A stretch of DNA of 64,000 nucleotides from Chrysomallon squamiferum (lineage: Eukaryota; Animalia; Mollusca), in assembly GCA_012295275.1 (NCBI GenBank), contig CM022670.1, positions 33,790,001 through 33,854,000 on the forward strand, read 5' to 3'. The number at the start of each line of letters is the position of its first letter. The stretch's first letter is position 1. The notes below the pieces were generated by a model. That model saw nothing but the letters and a program-made list of their open reading frames with translations, was not told where the DNA came from and ran no database searches. Position numbers and translations under genes: made by a program. Below are positions 1 to 12,766 of the stretch, piece after piece.

Positions 1-831
1 ATAAATAAATAAGAAACCTAAAAAAACCAACAACAGTAATAATAAATTAAATATGAAGAAATAAAGCAGCTGTTAGGTCTTGCTTTGTTGTTATTTTCTA
101 CACACACAGGCAGACAGTGGTAGTCAGAGTTTATTTACAGTCACCTTGCAATACTGTCCTCTACCCCACAGAACGTGATTTCGAAAAAAAATGGAACAAA
201 GATAAGATATGAAATCATTCCTTTGTCATTATGTCAGAGACGACTGTACTTAAGAACGTATACTAACAAAACAGCGCTGTAAACATCTGGGTCATTAAAA
301 ATATTCTCTGCTCTGACCTCACTCTGTAGCCGTGTATCAACACAGAATAAAAATCTGCCAAGTCATTTCTGTATAATCATATAGCCTTCCATCACAGAGT
401 TCACGTCTGGTTACAGCAACAAAAAAAAAAACTTAAAAAAAAAATTAAAACCCCTTGAGTTGCTGTCTAGAATTTAAAACTCATTGGTTTATTAATTTAT
501 TACATCTGCCTGAATAAAATGTGCAAACTAAAAAAAAAAAAAACTGAAATGCTAGGCCGTGCAGACATGAATCAGCAAATTATGAACAGGCTTATCATTT
601 GTTTGAAAACTGCACTATCATTCCTGAACGCTAAGCTGGAAATCCATCATGTGTGGCATGGCAATATAATATTAATAATAGCAAATTTAAAAATTATAGG
701 TCAGACACGCAGAAACAGAACATGATTTTGTATAATGTATTATTTTTTAATATTAATATGACAGTACATGTATTAATGGCCATGATATGAAGTTTAAATA
801 TTTTTAAAACACAACAGTTTAAACTAGAGTT

Positions 832-863
<32 letters not shown>

Positions 864-1005
864 TCCTTCATTACAGAAAAAGAAACAGAATGGTGATACA
901 ACAAAGTAAGATCACAAGTGTATTTTGAAAAAATTGGGGAATGTCTTCATTAAACTATATTCATGAAAAGTAGTAGTATTTGTATCTGACGTTATTATTT
1001 TCAAC

Positions 1006-1070
<65 letters not shown>

Positions 1071-4000
1071 TTTTTTTTATTTTATTTTATTTTATTTTGT
1101 TTTATAATATTTTATTTTATTTTCTTGGCGCACAAAGTTTTTTTGGACATTCTATTATAAAACTTAACAGGACAAGAAATCAGGAAGTGGTCAATTTGAG
1201 AAGGAAAACGAGTGGTCAGTATGATGGAAGTGTTAGGGAAGTACTTCAATTAGTCAGTATGGGGGGGGGTAAGGATTAGTGAAGTGATTAATATGAGAGG
1301 ATATTTTGTGAAGAAGTCAGTCGTTTCCCTGGACAGACTAGTGATTTGTGTTATCACTGTATCCACCATGACGAAAGCTGGCAGATTCAGATCAATTCAC
1401 TTGTCACATCGCGATTTGTAACCAAAGAACATTCATTAGTAATTATGGTAAATTATTAATAAATCAAATGTGAATGCAAATGATGTACACACACAATACA
1501 TCAGTATCAAATGTTCAAAAAGGACGTTTTTTTTCTTTTTTTACTGGTTTTTTTTTAAAATATTTTTATCGTATCATTTGCATATATATAAAAATAACTG
1601 ATCTTTTATTTCACATTAAAAAAAAAAAAATGTATTTAAATGTCATTATCATTAAATTTAAATTAAGCATGCAAGCATGAATAGCTTCTTTGTTGTTTTT
1701 TTGTTTTTTCAACAAACAGCTATGGCTAATTTTATTATTAGAAAATACAAGTTTATTTTATTTTACTGAATGTAATTACTTATTAATCATTTAGTTATCA
1801 ATATCTATGGAAAAATTAAAACAATGCTGTACGAAAATTACATCATTTTAAGTGATAAAAAAACATTTTTATTTTTTATTTTTTTTTTATTATTTTTTTT
1901 TTTATTTATTTATTTATATTTTAATTTTTTTTATGTTTTTATATACGACATCTTTTTATGAAAAGAAAATACAGTTACAAGTCCATCACACAATAAATTA
2001 AGTGCTTAATTCTGTGGTTTAAAATGCTTGGATTTGATAAATCAGTTGATATAAATGTCCTATCTCTGACCTCATACAACAATGCTTCACTTTATATGCA
2101 TAAGTAAATGAAAAATCAGTCAACTGAAAATGACTGGGTGACATTATGAAAATGATTTATAATAACAAAGTTTGAAGATAAGATAAGACTGAAGATAGCA
2201 AACGTGCTGATCGAAGAGTTTAAAGGGGCATAAATGAACGGAGGTAATAAAGCAAATGAAGATTTATGTAGCTGCTTTGAAATATTCTGCTTAGACTCAA
2301 AAAATAATAATAGAAAAAATATATTTAATTTATTTTTTGAAAAGGCATAATAAATCAAAAGCAGATTTATGTTACTTGAAGCTAATTTAAAGTACTGTAA
2401 CTGAAAACTTGTTATTACCTCAAAGAACTGTATGGTGTTTTAATCCAAAACAATAGTTTTTGCAAGTTCCCTTTGGACAGGTAGTAACAATCTAATTCAC
2501 AGGCAATGAGGTCTGTTTTCTGGTTCACATCCTTTTTTGAGATAATCTTTCGTTCTTTTTTCTGTTTTTGTTCCTCTTTTGGACAATTAAGCAGTCTAAT
2601 AGCTTTACACTTGGTTAACAGCAGCAAATAATTACAGGAGGTGATACTTATTTTTCATTAATAGGTGCGTCAAGTAATATTATCGTTTGTAAAATTATAC
2701 AGCCTAACATTTCAAAGAAACATTTACGTATGAAGAGAGGAGATGAGCTGTCCAAATACTATCATTAATTAAACCTGCCAAAATGATGTAAGTTAGACTA
2801 AAATTACTTTATTCCATTTTAACACAGACACACACTGTATATAATCAGAGATTCATACATGTATATGTACAGTCAATGTTTTTCTTATATTCCATTATAT
2901 TCTACCATTTTAATTTTAATTTTTGTTTTAATAATATTCTTTCTTTAGGGTTTTTTTTGTTTGTTTGTTTGTTTGTTTTTTTGTACATGTTTGATGAAAA
3001 TAATAAAAAAAATTAATTCAAAAAAAGATTAAATAATTATAATAATCATAAATCTTGAGCGCATACTGATATAATTATATTAATGTGTTTTTCATTTATA
3101 CTGCAACAAACATGAAAATATTCTTCATGTGACATATTATTAAAACAAATCTTTCCACTGAATTAAAGTTGATAATGCTGTTTCATCACTAACCTGATCG
3201 TTAAAAACTAATCACTGAGTTATATCTAAAGTAAAAAGTGTATTGATAATATGAAAGTATTTATAATGTAAAATCTTTAAATATAATATAAATCTGAAAC
3301 ACACCCGAATAAATATTTGCATTACAAGCATATGAAAACATGAGTGTTTGAAATACTGTCAGTTAAAAATGTCATAAAATAAAATACAGATATAGCTTGT
3401 TACTATTGCATTAAACTATTAAAAAGAAAAACAGAACATACAAGCTAGTGTGTGTGTGTGTGTGTGCATGCATGCGCAAGTTTTTAAACTATACATCTAT
3501 TTCTATGTAAAATAAATATAATTTAATTACCAAAATATATTTTTTTTAAATAATAAACATCTTATGAACATCTTCAAGAATACCAAGAGGAAACTATAAA
3601 TAATATGAATTCTTTTTTTCTAAATTCACATAACATGTAAGCACATCAAAATAAATTTGGTGTTATAAATAAACCTAAAGTTAAGAAAAAGTGTGTTATT
3701 ATCAGTTAGACATGTAAACTCCATGAGGAAATAAATAACCACTGAGGTGACAAAATTACCTGGACAACAGTTTCCTTTCATCCTGAAATTCAAAAAATGT
3801 CTGTCAAAACATACATAGATAACAACTTCACAAATAATTCCTAACTGTCTTTTGTACGGCTCTCTGAAGAGACCATGGCCTATGATCCAAATCTGTGATT
3901 GATCGAACTGAAAATAACTGACAACATTTACTTGGTCACAAATGAGTTCACAGTGACACAGCAAAATTGCAGTATTGGCCAGCTTTGCCCATTGTTAACA

Positions 4001-4345
4001 TAGTGATAGTTAACACGGATATACTTTCTAACACAAACAGCAAATATAGACAGCTTCTCCCACAGCTTATCTCTTGTTCTTATATCTGGTCACATAAAGT
4101 ACAGAATGACCCCCAGAATGGACTCTTCTTATCTAGCTACATGTGACTTATTATGTAGTTGTATCCATGTACATGGTATTGTTTTGGCTAGCTGAATTTT
4201 CATGTAATCTGAACTCTAAACCAAAATAAATGATAATGAATCAATACTGAACTTCAGCTCAAGATGATTTTACATAAAGTATTATTGGTGAAAATCAATA
4301 CGGTATAAGGAAATGTTTAAGAAAACTATTTTCAGTTACACTGTA

Positions 4346-4347
<2 letters not shown>

Positions 4348-4417
<70 letters not shown>
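4348..4417. repeat. (CA)n microsatellite
   Basis: About 70 bp of uninterrupted CA. Confidence 0.98.
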
Positions 4418-4419
<2 letters not shown>

Positions 4420-4529
4420 CATTTAAATAATTTTTACTGATTCATATGTTTTAACAGAAACCTATTTTGCCACTTTAGATATAAATACACACCTTACATA
4501 TGCAGGTACTATGAAGCTGGTTAATAAAG

Positions 4530-4670
4530 GTTTGGAGTAAACAGATCACAAGATCAATTCTTCAAACTGCACCATTTTGAATTATTTCACATTTCAGCCA
4601 GTTTATCAATGGCCATTCTTTCTTGTCTGTGAAATGGTATATATGTAAATGAACTCATGATACTGACCAA
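4530..4670 (+). mobile_element. Degenerate tRNA-derived SINE fragment (Meta/MESC-type core)
   Basis: ttatttcacatttcagccag..cttgtctgtgaaatggtatatatgtaaatgaactc resembles the core ctgtctgtgggatggtgcatataaaagatcccttgctg, which I recall from gastropod SINEs. Related copies occur elsewhere in the window. Confidence 0.4.
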
Positions 4671-4841
4671 ATGGATTTGTCCTTTGAAACATTGTATTTA
4701 ACACCCATTAATATGGGGAGAAATGCAATTAATATTATTAATTTGTTGATTGAAGTTAAAATAACAGAATTACAAAATTTGAAATTTGTGGAACAAGAAT
4801 AAATTTATACATTAATGTTATAATATAATTTTGTATTAAAA

Positions 4842-4886
<45 letters not shown>

Positions 4887-6554
4887 GTTATTATTATTTT
4901 TATTATTGTTATTATTATTATTATTATTTTAAGATTTTAATGGTTTTTGACTTTCTCAAACAACAACAATAATAACATAACAATATAAAATATTTTCAGC
5001 TTATAACAGATGTACTTGAATGTACTTGAGTTTGCTGTGAGTTAGTGTGTAATAAATTATCACAAAAACATGACATGTTATTTTAGGTCAAATGAGTTTA
5101 TTCTGTCACTGTCAGATAGGGAGATAAAAAGAAAAAAGGACAAGAAAGAGAAAGACTTTATAACTACTAAGCATGGATTATTTATCATTATGGCATGATG
5201 GAGCAATATTCGAATACAAATTTAAAAAAATAAACATGAAAAAGGTCTGAAAGAAAAAGAAAAGAGTAGAAATTAATATGACACACCCATTATTACATTA
5301 TCTTTACAGTTCAAGCAAACATGATTATGCAAACTGATAACAAGTATTTTATAATTTCTATAACATTATAAAATTACATTGTGAATGTAACAACCATTTA
5401 TTGTATAAATTCATACAGACTCATATAACCATCACCAAACTGCAGATAGGTGTTAAATCGTCTGAAAATAATTTGGGTCTTTTGTTAATTTGGGGTTAGT
5501 CTTCTTTAGGTGATAGAAAAATAAGTCAAATTTTTTTCAAATAACTTCTTTAAAAAGAAAAAAAAGAAATAATAATAATAATTATAAGTATATTGGATGA
5601 ATTGTGAAAATTAATTAATAAATAGTAATTATGATTTATTTTACAATATTGAGAATATTAAACTTAATGTGATTCAACATTCTGACAAAGCATTTTGTAT
5701 TTAGTAACGTTTTAATTTCAGTGGTGTGTTCTAATTATCTTCTATCTGAATAAATACAAGCTGCAGCTATATATTATAAATTTCCATTTCTATTTTATAA
5801 TTCCAAATCTAAAAAAAATAATAATAAAAAATAAAACTTAGCCATTATTAAGTGTAATGGAAATTAATACACCCAACATTTGTATAATAGTAGTAATGGT
5901 AGTAGTAATGCTAATATTTAAAGTAGTAGAATTAGTAGTAGTAGTAGAAATAGAAGTAGTAATAGTAATACTAGTAATAATCATAATTATAATAATAGTT
6001 AAAATAAGAAATATTTTATCATACATGTATGTGATGTCAGTGCATTAACTGGAAAGAACAGTTACTAAACATTTCTTAAACACAGTGTACGTGGATAGAC
6101 CAGGTACATGAACATCCACACGTACACATATCCAGTGAATGGGTATTATTTTCAATGTGTGGCACATGGCATGCCCTACCCACTGAGCTGTAAGAATTAA
6201 GAATTTAAGAAGCCAAGTAATATAATCAGTGAGGCAAATAATACTTGGCAGAATGCAGGGGTAAAAAAAAAAAAAAAAAAAAAAATCACCTGATATTTTC
6301 TTTTCATATCTTACAACAAACAGTTCTCTGCATGAATAATATATAAAATATGTATTATAACACGAGGTATGACAGTCAAAGACATAACAAAAGAAAATAA
6401 TTTTAAAACTAGATTTAAAAATTATGTGTAGTCATGTACATTTACAATACTGATAGTCCAGGTCACGCTAACTGATAAACTAATTTATAGTTTTATCCAT
6501 TCTCCGCCTTGGATTTTTTTTTAAAGTAACTATCAGCCATAATGAGAAACAAAC

Positions 6555-6705
6555 AGTCAGTTCAGTGGTTAGAACATTCACCTTAAAGCATACCAGAAGG
6601 GAAATTCAACATTTCAGTGAAAGCCCCACTAGTAATCCACAAAATGCTGTTGTTGGTGTTTGGCTTATGGAAGGTACTGATAATGGATCTCTTGCTCCTA
6701 ATTAT
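6555..6705 (+). mobile_element. Degenerate tRNA-derived SINE fragment
   Basis: A-box-like head agttcagtggttagaacattc and tail atggaaggtactgataatggatctcttgctcctaat. Confidence 0.4.
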
Positions 6706-7151
6706 CAGTTTTTATTATTATTATTATTATTATTATCTGGGTAATGATGATCTCATGTATATTAGTTTGTAATTGTATGTTAAATCTTTAAGGAGTAATT
6801 TAAATAATATTTACAGTCTTAAACCCACTGCAACATGAAAGGATAAATGGAAATAATATATTTACATACAGCTGTTGCCATCATTATTATTATTAACAAG
6901 AGTAAACAAGATTCTGTTGTTGTTGTTGTTATTGTTATAATTATATTTATTATTATTCATTTTCACCAGCCTATCTATCTGTTTCAATCAAACATTTCTT
7001 AAGGCCAGCATTTTTGTGCTTGCACATTAAACTGTATGTGTCACCTAAATGTCTCAATATGAAGATAAAAATGCATGGCCTTTTATCACACATGAATGAT
7101 CATGACTAAGCATAAACACAGTTATGTCTTTGGGGTTATTACAAGTATAAA

Positions 7152-7186
<35 letters not shown>

Positions 7187-7691
7187 GTTCCAAACAATGT
7201 GTTTTCACATACAATTCCAACGATGCAGAAAATCCAATCAAACAAAATCAATTAACCTAATTTTATCATTGTCTTGCTCTATTAGTCTGTATCAGACATT
7301 AAATATTCAACGTGCACAAGACTTTACATGTTATTAATGTGAGTCAAGAGGAAAACTGCACAGTCATGATGAATAGATGAATAATCTTGGTAATGATTGG
7401 ATGATATAATAAGTCAATAAAAAACAGCACTGCCACATTTAATCAGGAAAAGAAGGTTCTTTAAACATCCTAGTGCTTTATTATTATTTTTTCCTCCTAC
7501 TTGAATGATAAAGTACTGGCTTCAGTACAAAAAATTTATGAGAGCTTTCATCTTACAACATTCATGCAATAACTTAATTTGTCATATTCAGGAAGTGGTC
7601 ACTTAGTAAACATTCATTTTAATATTTATTACAATTTATTTTATTTTTATTTTTATTTTTATTTTTATTTTTATTTTTATTTTTATTTTTA

Positions 7692-7727
<36 letters not shown>

Positions 7728-7986
7728 CAAAAAAGAAAGATGATAAGGCTAGAAAGGAGTTATAGTTGAAGGAAAAATATGAAGAATTTTAAATAAAAAG
7801 GAAATAAAAAAAGGGATGATTTTATGGGTTGGTCAAAGAACAATGAAACTTAATGGCCTAGGGCCAAGGTTAGTTATCTTATTATTATAATAAATATATA
7901 TACAGATTACATTAAAGTATTATAAATTCATTATATATACAATTATTAATAAATTATGTGTGAGCAGCAAGTAGCTGACTTCATAA

Positions 7987-8039
<53 letters not shown>

Positions 8040-8489
8040 CTTAATTTCCATTTCATAAAATGGAATAGAGTACATAATTACACATTTTAACAATGTTTAT
8101 CATCTATATCTTAAATAAAACTGTGGAATCTATAAAAGCAGCAAATGGAGAAACTTTGTTTTAATAATTTCAATGGATTTAAAAAACAAATTATTTCAAT
8201 TTTATTTACTAACTTGTCCAAGGATGAAAAGACACCCATGCATGATATATGTAATACGCAGACACAGTCACGTATTGCCAGTATACTATTCAAAACAATA
8301 TACTTCACACAATAAAAAAATGGGTGTATCTATCATTAAAGTATCAGTGAATTTCACCTTTAGTGTCTCTCCCATTTATAACAGCAATGTGATATGATCT
8401 CAAAAACCAAGCTTGCCAAACGGCAATGTTATATTAAATTCCTTTCTTTCATTCTTTCATACTTGCCAAGACTTGATTATGTGGTTAAA

Positions 8490-8855
8490 ATATATGTGTC
8501 TGCCTCTTAACTTTATTGATATACCAGTTTGGATGTCAAATTTATTAATAAGCCTGTCCATCCATTATTTATTAATATGCCAGACTGTCAGTTTTGTTAA
8601 AATACTATTAACTTTATCAAAATATCAGTTTATTAATTTTATCAAAAATATCAGTCATTCTGTCAACTTTATTAATGTACCAGTCTGTCTGTAACTCTAT
8701 TTAAATACTGGACTATCTCTTAACTATTAAAATAATAGTCTGTCTGTATTATTAAAATACCAGTCTATCTTTCACATGCATCAATAAATCAGTCTGTGTG
8801 TTAACTTTATTAAAATAATAGTCTACCAATGTCAGCTTCATTATAATACCAAGGC
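8490..8855. repeat. Degenerate ~29-bp minisatellite
   Basis: Recurring taactttattaaaataccagtctgtctg-like unit, roughly a dozen decayed copies. Confidence 0.7.
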
Positions 8856-9019
8856 AACATTTTTCGCTCTCTATTGGGTTTTTTAAAGTTCTGTAAACAC
8901 AGTCTATTTTAAATGCAATACAGTAACATTATAATAATAATAATCTGCTGCAGTCATTTAGAAGTTGTCAGTAATTAGAATAAATGAAAAAATCTATTTT
9001 GTGATGTTAAAATATGAAC

Positions 9020-9132
9020 TACATTTCCTGTTATCAGCAAGGTATCTTTTATGTGTGTTTTTGCAAAGAGATGAAAGCACACATCATAAAATCTGAAACT
9101 GGATATAGCCCAGTGGGTGAGCAATGATCCTG
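9020..9132 (-). mobile_element. Degenerate SINE fragment, reverse orientation
   Basis: atcagcaaggtatcttttatgtgtg..agcacacatca..atagcccagtggg..gatcc is the reverse complement of the same SINE core. Confidence 0.45.
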
Positions 9133-12069
9133 TTAGTTATGGTCTTTTTCCCTGACTGTTCCGATGTCATGAAGGTGAAGTTTCTTTACATCATAATTCT
9201 TACAAAAAAGTACTGATACAAATACCACTTTTAAAATATACACTTTTACAAAAGATTTTGGACAGAATTAAAAAGGTTTTGAAATAATTTTGTAAAATTG
9301 ATAAATTCACACACATAAACACATGCATGCACATTCAAATTTACTAAAAATGTAACTATTTACATGTACTTAGCTTAAAAATTATAATTTTATTTCAGTA
9401 ACAAATAAGAAAAATAATCACTAGCAGCATTATTCATTACAGTGTGACAAAAATATTTGATGTCTCTTGCTTATTATCATATTACCTTCTTTGTTCCTTT
9501 CCTCAAAAGTTTATTTACCACACCTAACAAATTAATATTTTAACTGGGTTTTTTTAAAAGTGCTGTATATATGTCATAAATGAATTATTTATTTCTTCTG
9601 CCCAGTATTTTATGACCAGTGATACAAAAGTATGTCAGTCTTATGTGGTACAAAAAAATCAAATACAAACAAAAATGTTTTGTGTTTTGTTATTCTATCT
9701 TCATTCAACATAGTGTGATGTTCACTGATTCTTTAATATTTTAAATATTAATGATTATTACTTTTTTTCTTCTATTTTATCAGTTTTGTTTCACTGATTT
9801 TTCTCTGGCTCTTATATTTAAATATGTTAAAGTAAATATTTTGTTTTACAGTATTTACAGTGGAAAAAGAAATAATAAAAAAGACAAAACTATTGAAAAA
9901 TTTAAATACTTATTCAGACATACATCACTTTATCTGAACTGAATAGGGCACCCGACAAAAGGCAAAATTCAAAACATCTGATGATAAAGGTCACAAAAGA
10001 TCAAGTCATATGAAAAACTAAATATTAACAAGAGAGGGGGGTGTACAATTTAGATTTCAGAAGATAAAATACTTTTCTTTTATAGAAACCCACTTTCTTC
10101 TAATTGACATTAAAACTTGCAACAGAAAAGAGTCTAAGATTTTAAAAAAATTATCATTCCCATATCATGATATGAAATCACCCGATATGAATCATGCATG
10201 AATGACTAATGTGCTGAGCAAGGAAACAGAAAGTACAAAGTTTTTGTTCACCAAGAAAGATGCTTTTACTATCAAACAACAATCTGTATTTTAAAAAAAG
10301 ATGACACAAACATTAGTGAAAATTTTGTTAAGAAATTCATAATGAACTGCTAAAGGCATAATTTTGCTATCCATACTCTGACACTATCAGATTTCAGCAA
10401 CAAATATAATGTTGCAAAAAACTGTTTCCTGCGAATGCAGCATAGAGTGGAAAGTTTCCCATTAATCTTTTCTGAACTGCATTAAAAAATGAGCAAATGT
10501 TCATAAATTATCTCATCTAAACATATATAAATATTCAAAGAAGACGAACAGTTACATAATTTATATAAATTGGTCAAATACATTAACATTATAGAAATAT
10601 TTTTTACAAAGCAGTGATTAATAAGCATGTGTCACCAGCAGAATAATCTCAGTATTTATCATATCAAAGTACATTTGAAATGGGAAACACTGATAGTGCA
10701 GTATTCATGATGAATGAAAAATTATCAGAGAAAACACTAGTTAGTAATGAACATATTTTTCTACATCAACAATGACTCTTCAAAAATTACATAAGAGATA
10801 AAAATATTTTTACAATGTTTTTAAAGAGACATTCTAAATATGGATGGAAAAATTAATATTATATTCTACAGTTTGAATAACAGAAATCTAATGTTGTTGT
10901 TAGTGTCTGGAGAAGAATAAAAATATTTAAGTTTTAATATATGCATGTAGGTAGGTAGATATATGTAAATAGTAAAATTATATAAAATATACCTGAACTA
11001 TAATATCAAAAGCTTTTTTTATGTAAGACAATTATGCATTTAAAAGTTGTTGTTTTTTCAATGGTCATTAATTTAAAATATAATGCAACAGTTCAGTAAA
11101 GTTTACTAATTAAAGCTTCAAAAGAATTTTTTTTTCAAAAGTATGAATCACATTAATCTATTGCATGTAAATACTGTTAGTGCAGAAAAGTGACAAAGAT
11201 TAAATAATTAAAGCTTTCCTCATGTAAACCATAACAATACTTATTTATGTTACAAAATGCATAATTTTTTTATTTTTTTATTATTAAAATGTTCTCTATT
11301 GTGTTTGTTTTTTTGTTTTTGTTTTTATTCTGTACTAATATATTCATATTCAAATCCATATATACATAATACAATATCCATTCCAGTATATTTACTAGCT
11401 AAAGCAGATTTCAAATTTGATCTTATTTTTCAGAAGGACAACTGAAACCCACCCCTGAAACAGCCTGCAGATAAAGTGACATCTTTGTTAAGAAGTCACA
11501 AAACATTCAACATTGCAGTCAGTATTAAAATGGATGATCTAATTACAACTGAGTGTGCATGATAATATACTAACAAATTATCAGACTAATTTGGGGTTGT
11601 TGTTTTTTTTTATGTTAATTTTAAACAGTGAAGACAAGTGTTAATTTTAAGTTCCTTTTTGTTTATATTTTTTTTTTTTTGGGGAGGTTTCATTAATTTT
11701 ATATCTTTATACACCCACACAGACCCACAACATATACATACACACTCACACACACAGACATACATATACATACACACTCACAACACATACATACATAGAC
11801 ATACACATATACATACATACATATTCCTATTGTGTTTAGTAAGTGTAAACATTTAGACAATAATTTAGCAACTTTAAATTTGAACAGCAGTCTGGAAAAG
11901 AAGTCTTGGTTGACAATTACAATAAACATTTACAGTCAGCATAAAATAATATCTCTTTAATTCTATAAAATATGAATATACAATTACAGTAAATTTGATT
12001 TTCCATATTCCATAATTGTTAATCAAATAAGATGTATGAAATACTTGCAGTGTTAATCATCGAAAGTAA

Positions 12070-12100
<31 letters not shown>

Positions 12101-12574
12101 AAATTTATTTCTACATTAACATAAAAAAGATGTAGTGTTCCGACTGTCGTCGATATGAACAATCGTAACAGTTTAAAATAAAAAAGCTCATAGAAATTTC
12201 TGGCGACTCAGTCTGAACAGAACAGTGAATCTTCACTACTGGAATTAAGTAATAAGTGCTACGTTTATCTTCATAGTTAATTAAATGATCATTTTTCAAA
12301 ACATGTTAATGAAATATACATATATTGTTTACACTTGTTACATTTAATTTTTGATGAGAAAATTATCAACAATAAAAATAAGTGACAATGACTGAATGAA
12401 TCATTGAATGAGATTATGAGTGATGAATGAATACTTCAGAATTGGTGTTACTGTTAGTATATTCAGAATATAAATTAATACATGTTCAGTTTGATTGTTA
12501 AAAAAGATATATTTCTAAAATCTATTTAAAATATGTATAATTCATATAAACTAAATCAGATTTAACATTCATAT

Positions 12575-12766
12575 GTACTTACCCTGACATTTACGAACTT
12601 ACAGGAACAGGAAGTAAGTGTCCCTATAAATAAACGAGACACGCATTTTTTTTTTTCTTCTGTTAGACTGGTGCTATAACTAACAATTTGAAAAGCATTG
12701 TCTTATTCTATAAGCGAAATACATATCATTGAGAACCAGTTTCTTTGCGAAAATAAACGTATAATT
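12575..12766. promoter_or_regulatory. DPH5 promoter/5' region
   Basis: CpG retention, an ETS-like CAGGAAGT at ~12608, and splice-donor consensus sequences on both strands. Confidence 0.5.

Noticed and set aside
980-1279. 99-aa Tyr/Phe/Ile-rich ORF (similar ORFs at 5838-6048, 11638-11929, 13011-13217, 25741-26013, 43323-43745, 49333-49647)
   Set aside because: These are translations of (TTA)n, (TAG)n, (CA)n, (TATG)n and (AAT)n microsatellites.
3626-3964. 112-aa minus-strand ORF
   Set aside because: Non-ATG start, no recognisable domain and no in-frame partner exons found.
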